The notes below the pieces were generated by a model. It worked only from the letters and a program-made list of their open reading frames with translations. It was not told where the DNA came from and ran no database searches. Below are positions 36,501-51,500 of a stretch of 64,000 nucleotides of DNA, in pieces. This DNA comes from Macrostomum lignano (taxonomy: Eukaryota). Numbering within the stretch: position 1 is the stretch's first letter; the number at the start of each line of letters is the position of its first letter. A program made the position numbers and the translations under genes. Location of the stretch: the NCBI GenBank assembly GCA_002269645.1, contig NIVC01000758.1, positions 1 through 64,000 of the forward strand, given 5' to 3'.

Positions 36501-39500
36501 ACCGATCGCTATGCAATCCGCCCAGAGGATCTGGGGGCGGGTAGACCGGTCGCTATGCAATCCGCCCAGAGGATCTGGGGGCGGGTAGACCAGTCGCTAT
36601 GCAATCCGCCCAGAGGATCTGTGGCCAGAAACTCTCGGAGCTCGGACTCACCGAATGACGTCCCCTCCGTCGCAGGCCTGAATGCGGATGAGCTCAACTC
36701 CCAGCGGCTGCGGGAAGGCCTCGCTAATCCGCAGGCGGCCGGAGCTCACCGCAAACTTCATGCTGTTGCCCTCAACCACCGACCAGACGAAGGGGCCGCC
36801 GTTTGGCGGGGCGTCGCAGTCGGTGACTCGGATGAGCGACGCTGTCGGGTCCTCGGGGTCAGTGTCCTCCTGTAGTTTTGTGGGTGTGGAAATTCGATTT
36901 AAAAACTCGCTTAGTCCACCGAGAACTGTGGGCAGTCCGGTGCGGCTCTCACCAAGTATGGCTGCTGGGTGATGTTCCCGGAATCGTCAACCTGAAATGG
37001 CATTGGAAAAATTGGCTTTTGATTCTGCCGGACAAAAAGGCGGAAAGAGTGGAAGGGGGCTGAGGGGGAAGAAGAGAGAGTGGAATGTGGAGAGAGCGGA
37101 GAACAAAGAGTGGAGAGCTGAGAGAGCGGAGAGAGAGGAGAGTGGATGGACAGCATGCGGAGAGAGCGGAGAGCAGAGAGCAGAGAGCGGAGAGCAGAGA
37201 GCAGAGAGAGCGGAGAGCAGAGAGCGGAGAGAGCGGAGAGCAAAGAGCGGAGAGAGCGGAGAGCGGAGAGCAAAGAGCGGAGAGAGCAAAGAGCAGAGAG
37301 AGCGGAGAGCAGAGAGAGCGGAGAGAGCGGAGAGCAAAGAGCGAAGAGAGAGGAGAGCGGAGAGCGGAGAGCAGAGAGCGGAGAGAGCGGAGAGCAAAGA
37401 GCGGAGAGAGCGGAGAGCGGAGAGCAAAGAGCGGAGAGAGAGGAGAGCGGAGAGCAGAGAGCGGAGAGAGCGGAGAGCGGAGAGCAAAGAGCGGAGAGAG
37501 AGGAGAGCGGAGAGCAGAGAGCGGAGAGAGCGGAGAGCAAAGAGCGGAGAGAGCGGAGAGAGCGGAGAGCAAAGAGCGGAGAGAGCGGAGAGCGGAGAGC
37601 AAAGAGCGGAGAGAGAGGAGAGCGGAGAGCAAAGAGCGGAGAGAGCGGAGAGCAGAGAGAGCGGAGAGGAAAGAGCGGACAGCAAAGAGCGGAGAGAGCG
37701 GAGAGAGCGGAGAGCAGAGAGCGGAGAGCAGAGAGAGCGGAGAGCAGAGAGAGCGGAGAGCAGAGAGTGGAGAGAGCGGAGAGAGCGGAGAGAGGAGAGA
37801 GCAGAGAGAGCAGAGAGCGGAGAGCGGAGAGAGCGGATAGAGCGGAGAGAGCGGAGAGCGGATGGACAGCGGAGCAGGTCCTGAGTGGGCGGTCAGAGCC
37901 GCAGCGCACCTGCGCAATGAATAAGTAGTCCGGGCGGTCAAACTGCGGGCTGCAGTCGTTCTGGTCCAGCACGGTGACCCGCACGGTGGTGGTGGCGGTG
38001 AACGGGGGCCGGCCGTGGTCGGCAGCGGTGACGGTCAGGCTGTACAGTTCCTGGGTCTCGCGGTCCAGCCTGCGGCGGGCGTAGAAGCGACCGGATGCGG
38101 AGTCCAGGCTGAACATGCCGTCGGGGTCTCCAGCCCGGATCTGGTAGGCCAGCCGGCCGTTGTCCCCGGAGTCGGCGTCCGTGGCAGCGATGTCCACCGG
38201 CAGCCGGGTGCCGGGATCTGCGTTCTCCTTGGCGGTGACGTTGAAGCCGCCCGGCGGGAACTGCGGCGCGTTGTCGTTCTCGTCCAGCACGCGGACGGTG
38301 ACAACGGCGGTGGCGCTGAGCGGCCTCGAGCTGGTGTCGAAGGCGCGGATGGTCAGGTGGTACTCGCGGCGCTGCTCATAGTCTAGCGGCGACTTCAGGG
38401 TGAGCTCGCCTGAGGGAAAGGGGATTAAATCTTATTTGAGAATAAAATGCCATTGGGGAATAGAATGCCATTGGGGAATAGAATGCCATTGGGGAATAGA
38501 ATGCCATTGGGGAATAAAATGCCATTGGGGAATAAAATGCCATTGGGGAATAAAATGCCATTGGGGAATAGAATGCCATTGGGGAATAGAATGCCATTGG
38601 GGAATAGAATGCCATTGGGGAATAGAATGCCATTGGGGAATAGAATGCCATTAGGGAATAGAATGCCATTGGTGAATAAAATGCCATTAGGGAATAAAAT
38701 GCCATTGGGGAATAAAATGCCATTAGGGAATAAAATGCCATTGGGGAATAAAATTCCGTTTTAGTGGAATAAAGTCCAGTAAATTAATTTTAACTTGGGA
38801 ATACTTGGGAACTCTTGGGAATAAAAATAATACATGGCAAGTAAGCCTCGCTGGGGGAATAAAATCCTAATGGGGAATTAAAACCCGTTAGGTAATAAAA
38901 CACCCAGTAGTGGATTAACAGTCCTACGAGAGGGAATAAAATCCCGATATTCAAAGCAGCCGTCTTGCCAAACAGACTCCCCAGAGATCCACCGCTCACT
39001 CCTCTGCCCCGCCCCTCCTGTCGACCTCAAGGAAGAGCAAAAAGGTCGTAAACCCCCCTCAAGACGCCTCACCATCGGGCAGCAGCGCCTCAGCAACTCG
39101 CAGCACCTGTTGCTACCTGGGCAGAAAATTTCCCACAATTCTCTTCCTATCTCCCTGTCTCTAGTTTAATCCCGCAAGTTTATCCCCAACACCTGGGTTC
39201 TGAAAGTGCTTCCTTGGCTGAATATGCGTTGGTGACGGGGCGTCCCTCCTGTCCTGCGGAGGCTGCTGAAAAGTCAACACGGGCCCCCCCACAGAGGCAA
39301 AACATTTGCCCAGCAGCCGCTAATTGATTCTCCTGCAGGTCGGCAAACAGGGGGGGGGCGGTTGCTGGGCACTTTTTCTGTGCCATCGATCCGCATCCGG
39401 GATGAAGCGGCGGCACTTTTAATGCAGTAACTCGGGGCCGAGACGCTCATTGCTGAGGCACCGGAGCACCGCCTGGGGGTGACTCGAAGGTCGGGCGGCT

Positions 39501-42500
39501 TCGATTTCAGCTTTCAGAGACTCGCCAGCCCCCCTTCCTCCGAAGGGGAATCGCTACTTTACCGCTTCTGCCCGCGACACTGGGGGGAGATGGGGTGGCC
39601 ACTGAATCAAAATCCCCCAGCCTGAGATGCCAGCCCCTCTCAGATTGCGCCTGTGGGGCGAATTCGAGGGATGCTGGGGGCGTGGCTCATGATGGGGCAT
39701 TTCGGATGCCGAAGCTCATATTGTCTAAGTGCTTTTGTCATCTCTCTCCTCTCTCTCCTCTCTCTCCTCTCTCTCCTCTCCCTCTCCCTCCTATCCGCCC
39801 TTACCCCCCTCTCCTTCTCCCTCTTATCCGCCCTTACCCCCCTCTCCCTCTCCCTCCTATCCGCCCTCATCCTCTTCCTCCCTCCTATCCGCCCTCATCT
39901 TCCTCTCCCTCTCCCTCCTATCCCCCTCACTTTCCCTCACCCTCCTCCCTGCCCTCACCCTCTTCCCTGCCCTCACCCTCTTCCCTGCCCTCCCCCTCCT
40001 CCCCCTCTCCCTCCTATCCGCCCTCACCCTCACCCTCTCTCTCCTTCTCTCTCCTATCCGCCCTCACCATATTCTCCCTCTCTCTCCGTATTCCAGCTGT
40101 CGCCCAGCCAGTCCCCGTGCACTCAGTCCGCTCTCACCCGAGACAGCGTCAACGCTGAAGAGGCCGTCATTGTCCAGCAGGCGGTAGCGAATCTCCGCGT
40201 TGGCCCCCGAGTCGGCGCTGTCGGCGTGCAGGCGCAGCACGCGGTGCCCCACGGGGGTCAGCTCTGACAGCGACGCCTCCAGGCTGGCGTTGGCGAACCG
40301 GGGCGGGTTGTCGTTGACGTCCATGAGGCTAAGGCTGAGGGTGAGGCTGGCACTCAGCCCGACTGGCCTGCCGGCGTCCCTGGCAACCAGGGGAATCAGA
40401 TGCACCGGTTTGGTCTCCCGGTCGAGCCGGTGCCCGGGTCTCAAGCTGATGACGCCGGTGCGCGGGTCGACGCGGAAATTTTTGGAGGCCGCTGCGGCGG
40501 CTCTCGCCGCTTCCGGATCAGCGACTGTGTCGAGCGGGGCCGGGGAATCCTCGATTGAGTAGGTCACGTGACCGTTGGCGCCTGGCGAGCAGTTTGTGGG
40601 TTTGATCAGCTAAAGCAAGGTGTACATTGTGGATGGGGTTAGGGGGTTGGCTGGGCCGGGTGTACATTGTGGATGGGGTTAGAGGGCTGGCTGGGCCGGG
40701 TGTACATTGTGGATGGGGTAGGGGGTTGGCTGGGCCGGGTGTACATTGTGGATGGGGTAGGGGTTGGCTGGGCCGGGTGTACATTGTGGATGGGGTAGGG
40801 GGTTGGCTGGGCCGGGTGTACATTGTGGATGGGGTACGGACTACGCTCGTATAAAAAGTTTGCACTAGTACAACTCATTGGAAAATAAGACGACTTAGCA
40901 AAAATGCATATTATAACTGCGGCACAAGAACAATGGGAAAAAAATCTTGGATATGAGCATCGAGCGAGGCCCACAAAGTGAGCAGACAGAGGCGGTGACA
41001 TTGTTAGACGCAACCAGGGGCGGCGGAGGCACTCGAGCTAAGCAAAGATCACTAAGAATCAATGAGCCCGGGGTGCACGCCTTAAAGTGCCAGTGAGATC
41101 CTCGGAGGGGAATCGCGAGCGGCCCAGACCGGGCAGCGGTCCGATTTCTGTTGACACTGCGGCCGGCTTGGGAGTTTTTCTGTCAGTTGTCCGGCAGAGA
41201 AATTCAATTTTCGGGCCAAGCCAGACTCAAAACTGGCTGAGGGCCTTTGTGTGTGAGCAAAGCCTTTGATGGCGGAGCTGGAGTGCTGGATGGGGGGTGG
41301 TGAGAGGCTGAGGTGGGGCTGCCAATGATGATGGGGAATCAATTTGCACACGGGGCTCTTGAGCGCCTGCCGCATGCAGCGCGCCGGCTCCTCTTGACTC
41401 TTGAGACGCGGCGGCGGCGGTAGCCGGTCAGGGGGGTCTTTGAGCTGCTCGGTGGGGCAGGGGAGCCACTGGGAAGACTTGGAGAGCGGGTGGCCAGCGG
41501 CTGTAATCGAGACAGCAAGGGGATGCGACAGCCAGGGAGGCAGGGAGGAGACGGGCAGAGAGGCAGGGAGGAGAGGGCAGAGAGGCAGGGAGGAGAGGGC
41601 AGAGAGGCAGGGAGGAGAGGGCAGAGAGGCAGAGAGGAGAGGGCAGAGAGGCAGGGAGGAGAGGGCAGAGAGGCAGGGAGGAGAGGGCAGAGAGGCAGGG
41701 AGGAGAGGGCAGAGAGGCAGAGAGGAGAGGGCAGAGAGGCAGGGAGGAGAGGGCAGAGAGGCAGAGAGGAGAGGGCAGAGAGGCAGGGAGGAGAGGGCAG
41801 AGAGGCAGGGAGGAGAGGGCAGAGAGGCAGGGAGGAGAGGGCAGAGAGGCAGGGAGGAGAGGGCAGAGAGGCAGGGAGGAGAGGGCAGAGAGGCAGGGAG
41901 GAGAGGGCAGAGAGGCAGGGAGGAGAGGGCAGAGAGGCAGGTCCGTAAGAGACACACAGACAGATCAGCAGGTCGTGCCAGGTGATTGAAGCCGCGATGC
42001 CAGCAGCTGTACCTGAGGAAACTGAGATCCCCGATCTGCCTGGGAAGCGCAGGCAAGCGGGAGATGGAGGAGGCCGGAGAGCCCGTATCTGGCAATCAAA
42101 GGGAGAAATTCTAGTAGAAGACAAAGAAAATCTCCCCTCAGGCTGCGAAATATCGGCAGTGAAAATCAGCGGGAAGGAAGGCTGTCACAATCAAAAATTC
42201 GGGCAAAATATCCCTAAATCACCTGGCAGTGGTGAGGGGCTGCTGAGTCCCCACCCTCTGTTATATAACTGTGATGATGCTTCTGAAGTGCAGAGCTGCC
42301 CTACAACTGGCAGCCCCAAGCGCAGTCTCTTCCCACCATCTGATGGAGCCTCATTAAGCCCACGGTAGAAAACATGGCCACCCGCCTCCTTCTAGAAGAA
42401 GCCCAGCAGTAGCAACAGAAGTGGACAGCAGCAGCAGCAGCAGCCGCAGCAGACAGCAGTTCACAAACTTTTGGACCGAAATTTTTTAGCAAAGAAAGCG

Positions 42501-45500
42501 AGAGAGGAGAGCGGGAGAGGGGCGGCAGGTGCGGGGCCGCTAGCTAATCCAGTCACGCTATGGTGTCCGGCAAGACGCTCCCAGCTGCCCTGCGTGAGCT
42601 GGGGGGGGGGGCTGCCAGCAGCTCCACCTTCCCTCGTTTCTTAAGCGCCCCCCCCCCCTACCCGGCTCAGAGAGCTGCATGGGTCCAGTTCTCACCTACT
42701 CAGTGAATCATACATGTATTTGCCCAGCGAGTGAGGCCCGCACTTCCTGCGGTTAAATACGAATCAGCGAGAGTCGAGCGCGGCAGATACAAGATGGAGC
42801 GGAGAGTCTGGAGAGTTTAATGACCTATAGGTGTATTTATGACCGCTTAGAGCACTGGGCTGGGAGGGGCTGTGGTTGTTTGTCAGCCTGTCTGCTTTTT
42901 TAGGCGAGGGAAGGAGGGAGGAGTGCGGGTGAGCAGCTGCGCATTGACAATAGCTGAGCAATTGAGCTGCATAATGCATGAAACTGAGCACTGCTTGTCT
43001 GGGCACTGGTTATTTGTGTTTTTATTGCTTGCTTTATATTTGCTGTTTATAGAGTTGAGAACTGGTCTGGAGCAGCAGGGGATCGCGCCTAATTGCGGTT
43101 GAACTGTAAGATGCAGCGGCTTCTGCTGGATTTCTATAGCGATGGAAGGCCTTCAAGGCTGAGGGACCCGCCTGCAGAACTTTGCTGTTGCACTGCGCAA
43201 TGGCAGTGCGAAGCGCTTAATTATAAACCACTAATTGCTGATTGCCAATCTCCAATCACTAATATCTAGTCTCTAATCTCTAGTCTCTAATCTCTAGTCT
43301 CTAATCTCTAGTCTCTAATCACTAGTCTCTAATCTCTAGTCTCTAATCTAAAATCGTTAATCTCTAATCTCTAGTCTCTAATCTCTAATCGCTAGTCTAT
43401 AATCTCTAATCTCTAATCTAAAATCATTAATCTCTAATCTCTAGTCTCTAATCTCTAATCGCTAGTCTCTAATCTCTAATCTCTAGTCTCTAATCTCTAA
43501 TCTCTAGTCTCTAGTCTCTAATCTAAAATCGCTAATCTCTAATCTCTAGTCTCTAATCTCTAATCGCTAGTCTCTAATCTCTAATCTCTAGTCTCTAATC
43601 TAAAATCGCCAATCTCTAAGCCCTAATCTCTAATCTCTAATCTCTAATCGCTAGTCTCTATTCTCTAATCTCTAGTCTCTAGTCTCTAATATCAAATTGC
43701 TAATCTCAAATCGCTAATCTCAAATCGCTAATCTCAAATCGCTAATCTCAAATCACTAATCGTTAATCTCTAACCTCTAATCTCTACTCTTTGACCGTGA
43801 GTCGTGAAACTCCTGTCTTCAGCCACTAATTGACTAACTAATTGATCAGTCGTGCTTCCAAAGCTTCTGTCCGCCTTTTTAAAAAATCGCAAGGGAGTTT
43901 TTTCTAAACATCAACTTTCCAACTATCAGGAGCCGATCGGGAAAACCTTCCGCTTGCCTGAAGCTCAATCACCCCCCCCCCCCCGGGGCGCCTGTCACTC
44001 CCCACCCCGGCGAGATAGCAGAGCGGGCCGCGAGAAACGATCAGCTCACTGGTGCTGAATAATGCATGGCGGGCCTGTGCTGAGATTGCAGCCAAGATGA
44101 AAGCTTTCGCTTCCTGAGCTCGGCCTGTGTCTGCGGCTGAGACCGCCATCGCCGCGTCAAGGTGAGACACGGTTCCCGGCAGTTTTAAGGCCTTTCGGGA
44201 ATGCCGCGTGGCCAGTGAGCAGGGGGTGAGGAGGGTGGCCCTGACCCCTGTTTGAGCAGGGATCGCATCCGCATTGACTGGGACAGTCAGAGGCTGCACA
44301 ACAGCGGCGAGAACAATGGCTGCTCAGCAGCATGGCGGAGTCGAAGGCTCTCCACTGAAGGGGGGTTTGAGTGACAGATCTTCACCCGACTGTCAAGTCC
44401 TGCAGATCCCGAAAATCCCCTCAAAGTAGGCACAAACGCAAAAACAACAAAATGCAACGCAACACAAGAAGATGCTGAGCATGAGGATGCAGGTGCAGCG
44501 GATTAAACCCGCTGATCGAGGCATTAAATTTGTCTCCTTAATCCGGCATTAGCTGACTGAGAAGAGAAAGTATTGGGGGATGAAAAGCAGCAGGGGAAGT
44601 GACAGCAGCCCCCGCTGTCTGGCTTGCCTGTGAAGATGCAACAGCAGCAGCAGCCCAGGTGCCTCAGCTCCGGACATTGGGGCCACTTGAAGCCGTCAGT
44701 CAGCGGGGGGGGGGGGCAGGCGGGAGCGACTTTGGTTCCGCGGGGAGCTCTGAGTGGCTCTGCTGAATGGGTGCGAAGAGAAGCATTTCTGGCAGGCAGT
44801 TAAGCCGGACTTGGAGTCCCAAGGCTGCGGTTTAACCGGCTGAATGAAAGCCTGCAGCTCAGGACTGCGGCAGGGCGACACGGATGGCTCGCTCTGGCAC
44901 CCCCCATCCCCCCAGACTCTCCGAGACGCCCCGCTACAGGCGATCGCGGGCAGGAGGCCTCAGAAGCGCGATATTTTCCATTGGCTACAAAACTCGGCGT
45001 GTTTCTCTTTCTCCATCTTTGCCCAGATTTCCCCAGCGGGATGCTGTCCGCGGATGTAGCAATTAGTCCCGGGCCAGGTAAGACTGTTTAGAACAGTGTT
45101 TCTGTTTCCCATCGAGTTTCCCACAGGGATGCCGAGCGCGGCGGGGTAAACTCCGAGCTTCAGGTGCCAGGGGAGCTAAGATATACAACCGGGACTGAGT
45201 TGCAGACCTGTCCAGCAACAGGGGATTAAAGAGGAGGCGGGAGACGGTCGGCCACTCCAACAGTTGGCTGTTGCGTAACTGGGGGGGGGGGTTCGGCGAG
45301 TTGCCGGGGTCTGCAGCTGGCGGGTCGGTTGACGGGCCCGGGGAGGCGGGAGGGCGACTGCCTGTTAATCACTGCTAAAAACTTCGCTTCCCTGCCATGC
45401 TGTGTGTTTTGTTTTTGACTAATTTGAGACTCACGGCAGGCAAGCAAGCGCAGTTGCCGTGAGCAGCCCGGGCAGGAGATGCTGCAGGGGAGGAGGAGGC

Positions 45501-48500
45501 TTTGCAGCAGAGGAAGTCTGGCCCGGCCCTGTCTTTATTCCCCTTTCAGTCCCGTGTTTAAAACACCTGAGATGGCACGAGCCGGCTTTGACTGCCTGCC
45601 CTGCTTACAACTCCGCCATCACGACTTCTCTTTAGCTTTTTAGGGAGAGATTTGAAGACGAATATGGGGGAAAGAGACTTACCTGCGCTTCGAAGATTCG
45701 ACGAGTTGTCAATCGGCACTGAGCAGAGGCTGCAGACTGCTCTGAGAGTCTATTAATGACACAGAGAGCAGAGCTCCGTCTTTTATTGCCGGGCAGCCTG
45801 GGAACGGGCCGGTGTCAGTTCGCCCTGCTTTTTTATTGCTATAATTGAGTTTGCGCTCGAGGTCCCGCCAGACTGCCAGACGCCCCCATTTGCAAGTGTA
45901 AATTTGCAATAGAAAAAACACACACACACGGGCCTGAGCACTGTGAGAACATGCGCTCTGGTGTTGTTGGCTAAACACATATATACACTATCTGCCAGCT
46001 CGAACACCCTCTGCGCAGCCACAGGGGAGGCCCACCGCAACTCAGGCGAAGAGATGAAGAGTGAAGGAGGCAGGGAGAGACAATGCCAGCCAGAAAGTGC
46101 CCGCCTTCGAGGAGGGCCAGGCGTGAGCCGGGGGTCCTGCAGAGCATTTATCTGTGTGCCACCCGCCCCTCCTTTTTTAGGACTCGAACTCGCAGATCGA
46201 GCTCAAGAACCGAGAGAGAGAGAGAGCGATGGGGGCGGGCAGCTCGCGTGCACTCGCGTAAAAATGCAACCCAGCATCTGCGGGCTAAGAGCTGAGCAGG
46301 GGCCATGCAGGCCGGTCCTCCAGCTTCAACATTGCAATAAAGTCCCGTCTGCTTACCTGTCTGCCTGCCTGTCCGCGCCGGCCCGTCCTGCACTCTCCCA
46401 GCTCAGACGCAGGTGCAAATTGGAGCCTCACGCAAGCGGCCGCACGCCTGGGGTGTCTTGGGGTTTGGCAGGGGGTCGCAGCTGGCTGCCCCCCGCCTGT
46501 CCCTGTGCTTATATTGGGGAATAATGAACAGCAGATCGCCTTGTGTGCAATGGGAGCGACTGGCCCAATTGGGGCTGCGGCCCGGCCCTCAGCTCAGCTG
46601 CAGCCAATGGGCGACCCCTCAGCCAGCGTGTCCCCTTCTAAGCATTATGGGGCTGCCCGGCCTCACCTGCAATTTCTTTCAGCTTTTTCCAACTTTGCAT
46701 AATAAAATTGGAGGGCGGGGCCAACTCGAGGAGGCAAAATGGATTGATAAAACTGCCGTCAGCGCCACTTGTTTTGCCTGCCCAGTCTCCAGTTGCCGCT
46801 AAACTCCTCCTCTGTATGAGCGCTTTCGCCTCCTCTTCTAACGCCCCTCAATCCGCACTGCTCAAAAAAATAATTCCCTCCTGCCGCCTCTGCTCAGCTT
46901 TCATCTCTCCCAGATATGCCCCCCCCCCTACTGGCGGGATTTTACAGTCCCGTTTCATTTCGCGTGATACAGCGAGGCAGCGGCCCCTGGGACCGGGATG
47001 GCGATGGGGAGAGCGGAGTGGGGAATTGCAAAATTCAATACTTAATCAGTTTGTGCTGTTGTTTCTGCCAGTTTTCCCCTCGCGGCTTTGACCGCCCCCG
47101 GGGTCCCTCGCCGCCTCCGCCGGGCACCGGCAGGTCTCCGCAAATGCAGCCTAGCAACTTTTCTACAAGCGCAGTGCGATCTGAAAGGATCTGTGCGGGG
47201 AGCAGTGCCGGGTTAGCAATTGAGAAGTCAGAAATTGAGGCAGCAACTGCGTGAGTCAGAGGCGTCAGGAGCGCACGGGGGTGGCAGCGGCCCGGCCCGG
47301 GTCACCGAGGGCCCCGCAGTACAGTGTTGGGGGCAGGGGAGCTGCCCTGAACACCTGAATGACTGTACCTGCCTACCCACAGCAGTGTGACTGCCAGCTC
47401 TGTTGTCCCGCATGGGTCTTTGTTCTACTCTACAGTCAGCAGCTCATTGTGGAGCTGAATGGTGAGAACACGGCAGACTGTCCGAATTCACGCAATTCAC
47501 AGAGCTGGAGCAACTCAAGCAACTCAAGTTTTCAAGCACTTTAATTCAACAGAGTTGAAAAGCAACATTTTATTATAATTAACCTGCGGAAAAGCCCGAA
47601 ACCAAATCGTGGTTTTTGCCTCTAAAAGCAGAAAAGCAGAAGGGCTCAGTTAAATTGGATTTTTAAGTAGCAAATTTAGCAGCAGGCCACTTTGAAGCTC
47701 GCAGGTAAATTTGGTACACGGATTTTCAAATAAAAATTTTATTGTCTCCCACAGCTGTTGACCCCGCAGCGGTGACCCCATGGATCATGGCGGAAGCACC
47801 GCAGTCGCCCACACGGGATGCCATAGATGGAAGCTCCGCTGCCGTGAAGACTGCTGCAGCCCCCCAAAAATCCATCAGCGCCCGACTGCGAGATCTGCGG
47901 TGACCAAATCAGCCGCAGCCGACTTGTCAGTCACTGAGGCCCCGGACCCGCAGCTGCGGTCAAGATGTCCCCTCGGCAGCCGCTGATTGACTGCAGAAAC
48001 GCCTGCCCGGTGCACTGGGGAGGCGTCAGAGCCGCGATGTGGCGCCCATGCGAAACAGACGCGAGGCGAAGGGGGACAGGAGAGGAGGCTGCAGAAACTC
48101 GATGCCCGCTTGGAATCCCCCCGCCCTGCCCTCTGGCTGCCCGGTCCAGCTTCCAGCATCAATATGAAATCCCCGATGATATCTGCCGAGCGAGTTGTGC
48201 TGAAATCGATGTCTGTGCGATGCTTGAGCCTCCTCTCTGCTCCCCCCCCCCTGCCAAGCAGCAGCCAATTTTAAGGCTTCCTTGGCTGTCCGCATGGCCA
48301 GGGTATTTCATGCTGGCACGCATCAGGGGGTGGGGGAAGCCCCTGAGATGGGGAGAATGCAGGCCGCTGAGCTGCAGAGAACAATGAGGCCAGAACCCGA
48401 TGGCAATCATGAAATCAGGACTGACTGCCAGGCCAGGAAAAATGGTGTTCGATGCTCCCAGCTGCATTGGGCATAATTACTCACATTGTTCATCTGATTG

Positions 48501-51500
48501 TCTCCCGCTGTGGTGACAGCTATAGTACACACTGCCGGGCTCCAGGTACTCCAGTGAGCACTGCTCACTCCGCTCGTCGCTAATCCACAATACTACTCAG
48601 CCTGTGCCATTCCTCCCTGCAGAATCAACTTCTGCGTATCATGGCTTCATTGTTAAACAGAGTTATTGTTAACCTGCTAATCTGGGCTGAGAACAACACT
48701 GATGTAATAATCGGGCTCTGACCCATCCAAATTTGTGAATTTATTTTACTGTGACAGCAATGACCAACCCCCAATTCACTGTGACAGCAATGACCAACCC
48801 CCAATTCACTGTGACAGCAATGACCAACCCCCAATTCACTGTGACAGCAATGACCAACCCCCAATTCACTGTGACAGCTATGACCAACCCCCAATTCACT
48901 GTGACAGCAATGACCAACCCCCAATTTACTGTGACAGCTATGACCAACCCCCATTCACTGTGACAGCTATGACCAACCCCCGATTCACTGTGACAGCTAT
49001 GACCAACCCCCATTCACTGTGACAACCCCTCACTGCTCTAACCACAATCAAGCCACATGTCAGCAGTCCCTCATCGATCCCGATCCCAGCCTCCCAATCC
49101 CAACAGATTTGTCACTCTTTCAGAAAGGCGGCCGCCACAAGAAGTCAGCCGCTTGGAAAATTAGCACAGCCTCATCGCTGCGGCCCAGCCTCCGATGAAG
49201 GAAATTGAGCTGGCGGGAAATTTCGCCCGGGCCGAAAACTCGCAGATAAAATCTGTTGGCAGTCTGGAAGTGCTCCATCTGGAGGCTGGAGTTTCAGTTG
49301 CACTTTTCTCCTTCAGATTCGGAGAAGTCATCCGCCGCGATCCCATCTATGGAAGTTGGCCGCCCGCAATCCTGGGATAAATATAGACCCCCCACCCCGG
49401 CTGCCGGTCCCAGCGCCCCAATTATTGTTTTATGCGGGCGAAGTGCAGAATTCAGCTGATTGATATATTCGGCCAGGGGCCCGGCGCCACCAGCCCGCCT
49501 GGGAGACCCCCCGCGATGCGGCCTCACCTGCAGGATACTGCGGCACACGGATGGAGCCTGCAGGTTATTAATACGACTTCCGCGGTCCGGGGGGACGCGC
49601 AGGATGCGCACGAGGCCCCGCTGGGATATCTGGGATCTGGGAATCTGCGCAGCTGGTTGGGGTCGCCGGGAGCGTGCGGGGGTGTATTTAATAGATCTGG
49701 AGAGGAAGCTGTCACCCCTCCAGCCTTAGTGAAATTGGTTAAGAGACCCTGATTGGGAAAATATGAAACTGTGAAAAAATGAACAGCATTCTGCAGAATC
49801 GGTTTCGGAAGTCAGCTGTGATGAGATGTGAGCTGTTGAATCCAAGGACTTCTTGGCCGGGTCAGCCGGGTGAGGCAGGGAGTCCCAGACCGCCGCACTC
49901 CAAGGTGTGTCTTGATGGGAACAGAATCGCTTATGGGAAAATAATCCCCACAGTTAAAATTGATCAAGAGTGAGTCACGCCAAGAAATAGATGGACAAAT
50001 TTCGAGTCTGGGGTTCGAGTCAGTTCAGCACGAGGGCGGGCGGCCAGGTGCGGGCGGAATGACAAAATGCATCACCGCTATTTTTAGCTGGGACTCCACA
50101 GGTGTTTCGAATTCGAGATGAAAGCTGAGTTCGAAGGCCCAGCCCGAGCCGCTCTAATGGGGGGGGGGGCACAAAACTCTGCGGATGACCCGGGTTCCTA
50201 ATAACGGCTGGGCCGCCCCCGCCCTCATCAGGTGGCCGGTTGCGTCACCACTGATGGACAGGTGGGCCGGCCTGAAATCACCGTGCGACCCATGCGCTAT
50301 CTCTGGTCTGCATCTCCGCTTCTGTCCTCTCTCCCTCTCCTCTCTCCCTCTCCTCTCTCCCTCTCCTCTCTCCCTCTCCTCTCTCCCTCTCATCTCTCCC
50401 TCTCCTCTCTCCCTCTCCTCTCTCCCTCTCCTCTCTCTCTCTCTCCCTCTCTCCCTCATCCGTCTCCCTCTTCTCTTTCCCTCATCTCCCTCCCTAATCT
50501 CACTCCCTCCCTCATCTCCCTCCCTCATCTCACTCCCTCCCTCATCTCCCTCCCTCATCTCACTCCCTCCCTCATCTCCCTTCCTCATCTCCCTCTCTCA
50601 TCTCCCTCTCTCATCTCCCTCTCTCATCTCCCTCCCTCATCTCTCTCTCCCTCATCTCTCTCCCTCATCTCTCTCCCTCATCTCTCTCCCTCATCTCTCT
50701 CTCTCATCTTTCCTGCTCTCTGCTGCCTCAATTTCCCGAATCCAACTTTCTCCATTTCCCTTCTCCCCCCTCTCGCAGCATCTCCCAGCCGCCCAGCCTC
50801 ATCCTGAGCTACAGCTAAAACTGTCCGGATAAAAAACCATTGAAGTCACTTTCCTACATCGCAGGCAATTCAGCCATCCTGAACCAGTTTTGGACAATGG
50901 CTTTAGAAAGCAGTGAGTAGTGAGTGGGCAGGGGGTGGCACTCTGCCATGCACATTGCGCTTGGGTTCACACCATACATGCCCACCCCAGCCCGGAGTGC
51001 ACGTCCCACATTATAAAGTGCAAGCAAACATGATGGAGAGAGAATTTTATGCCACTTTTCACAGAGGATTAAACTCAGATAAAAGCTCATCCAACAGGCA
51101 CTTTTAACCCCCCCCGGGCGAAGGCAGCTCGCGGTCGAAAGTCAATTTAAGGCACTTGAGAGCCGGGAAAGTGGCGACTATTTGCCGGCCCAAAGGACGC
51201 TGCGAGCAGCAGCTGGATGAAGACTGAGGATGGAGACAGCTGGCAGCTGACCCAGACTCTGCCGCTGAGCACTGATTGAGCTCAGCCAGTGTCCTCAGAG
51301 CATTCATGCGCTTAACACTTCCTCTGCAGCGCTTCAAGGGGGAGGCGGGGCGCACGATTGAGGAAGTGAAATGCTGCTGCTTCTCTGGAGACACTGCAGC
51401 TGCTGACCTGAATTGCAGACTGCACTTTGCCGGCCGCTAAAACTATGTACTTTGTGTATAGAAGTTCAGCGCCTCTGGAATGGGAAGACGTGAATCACCA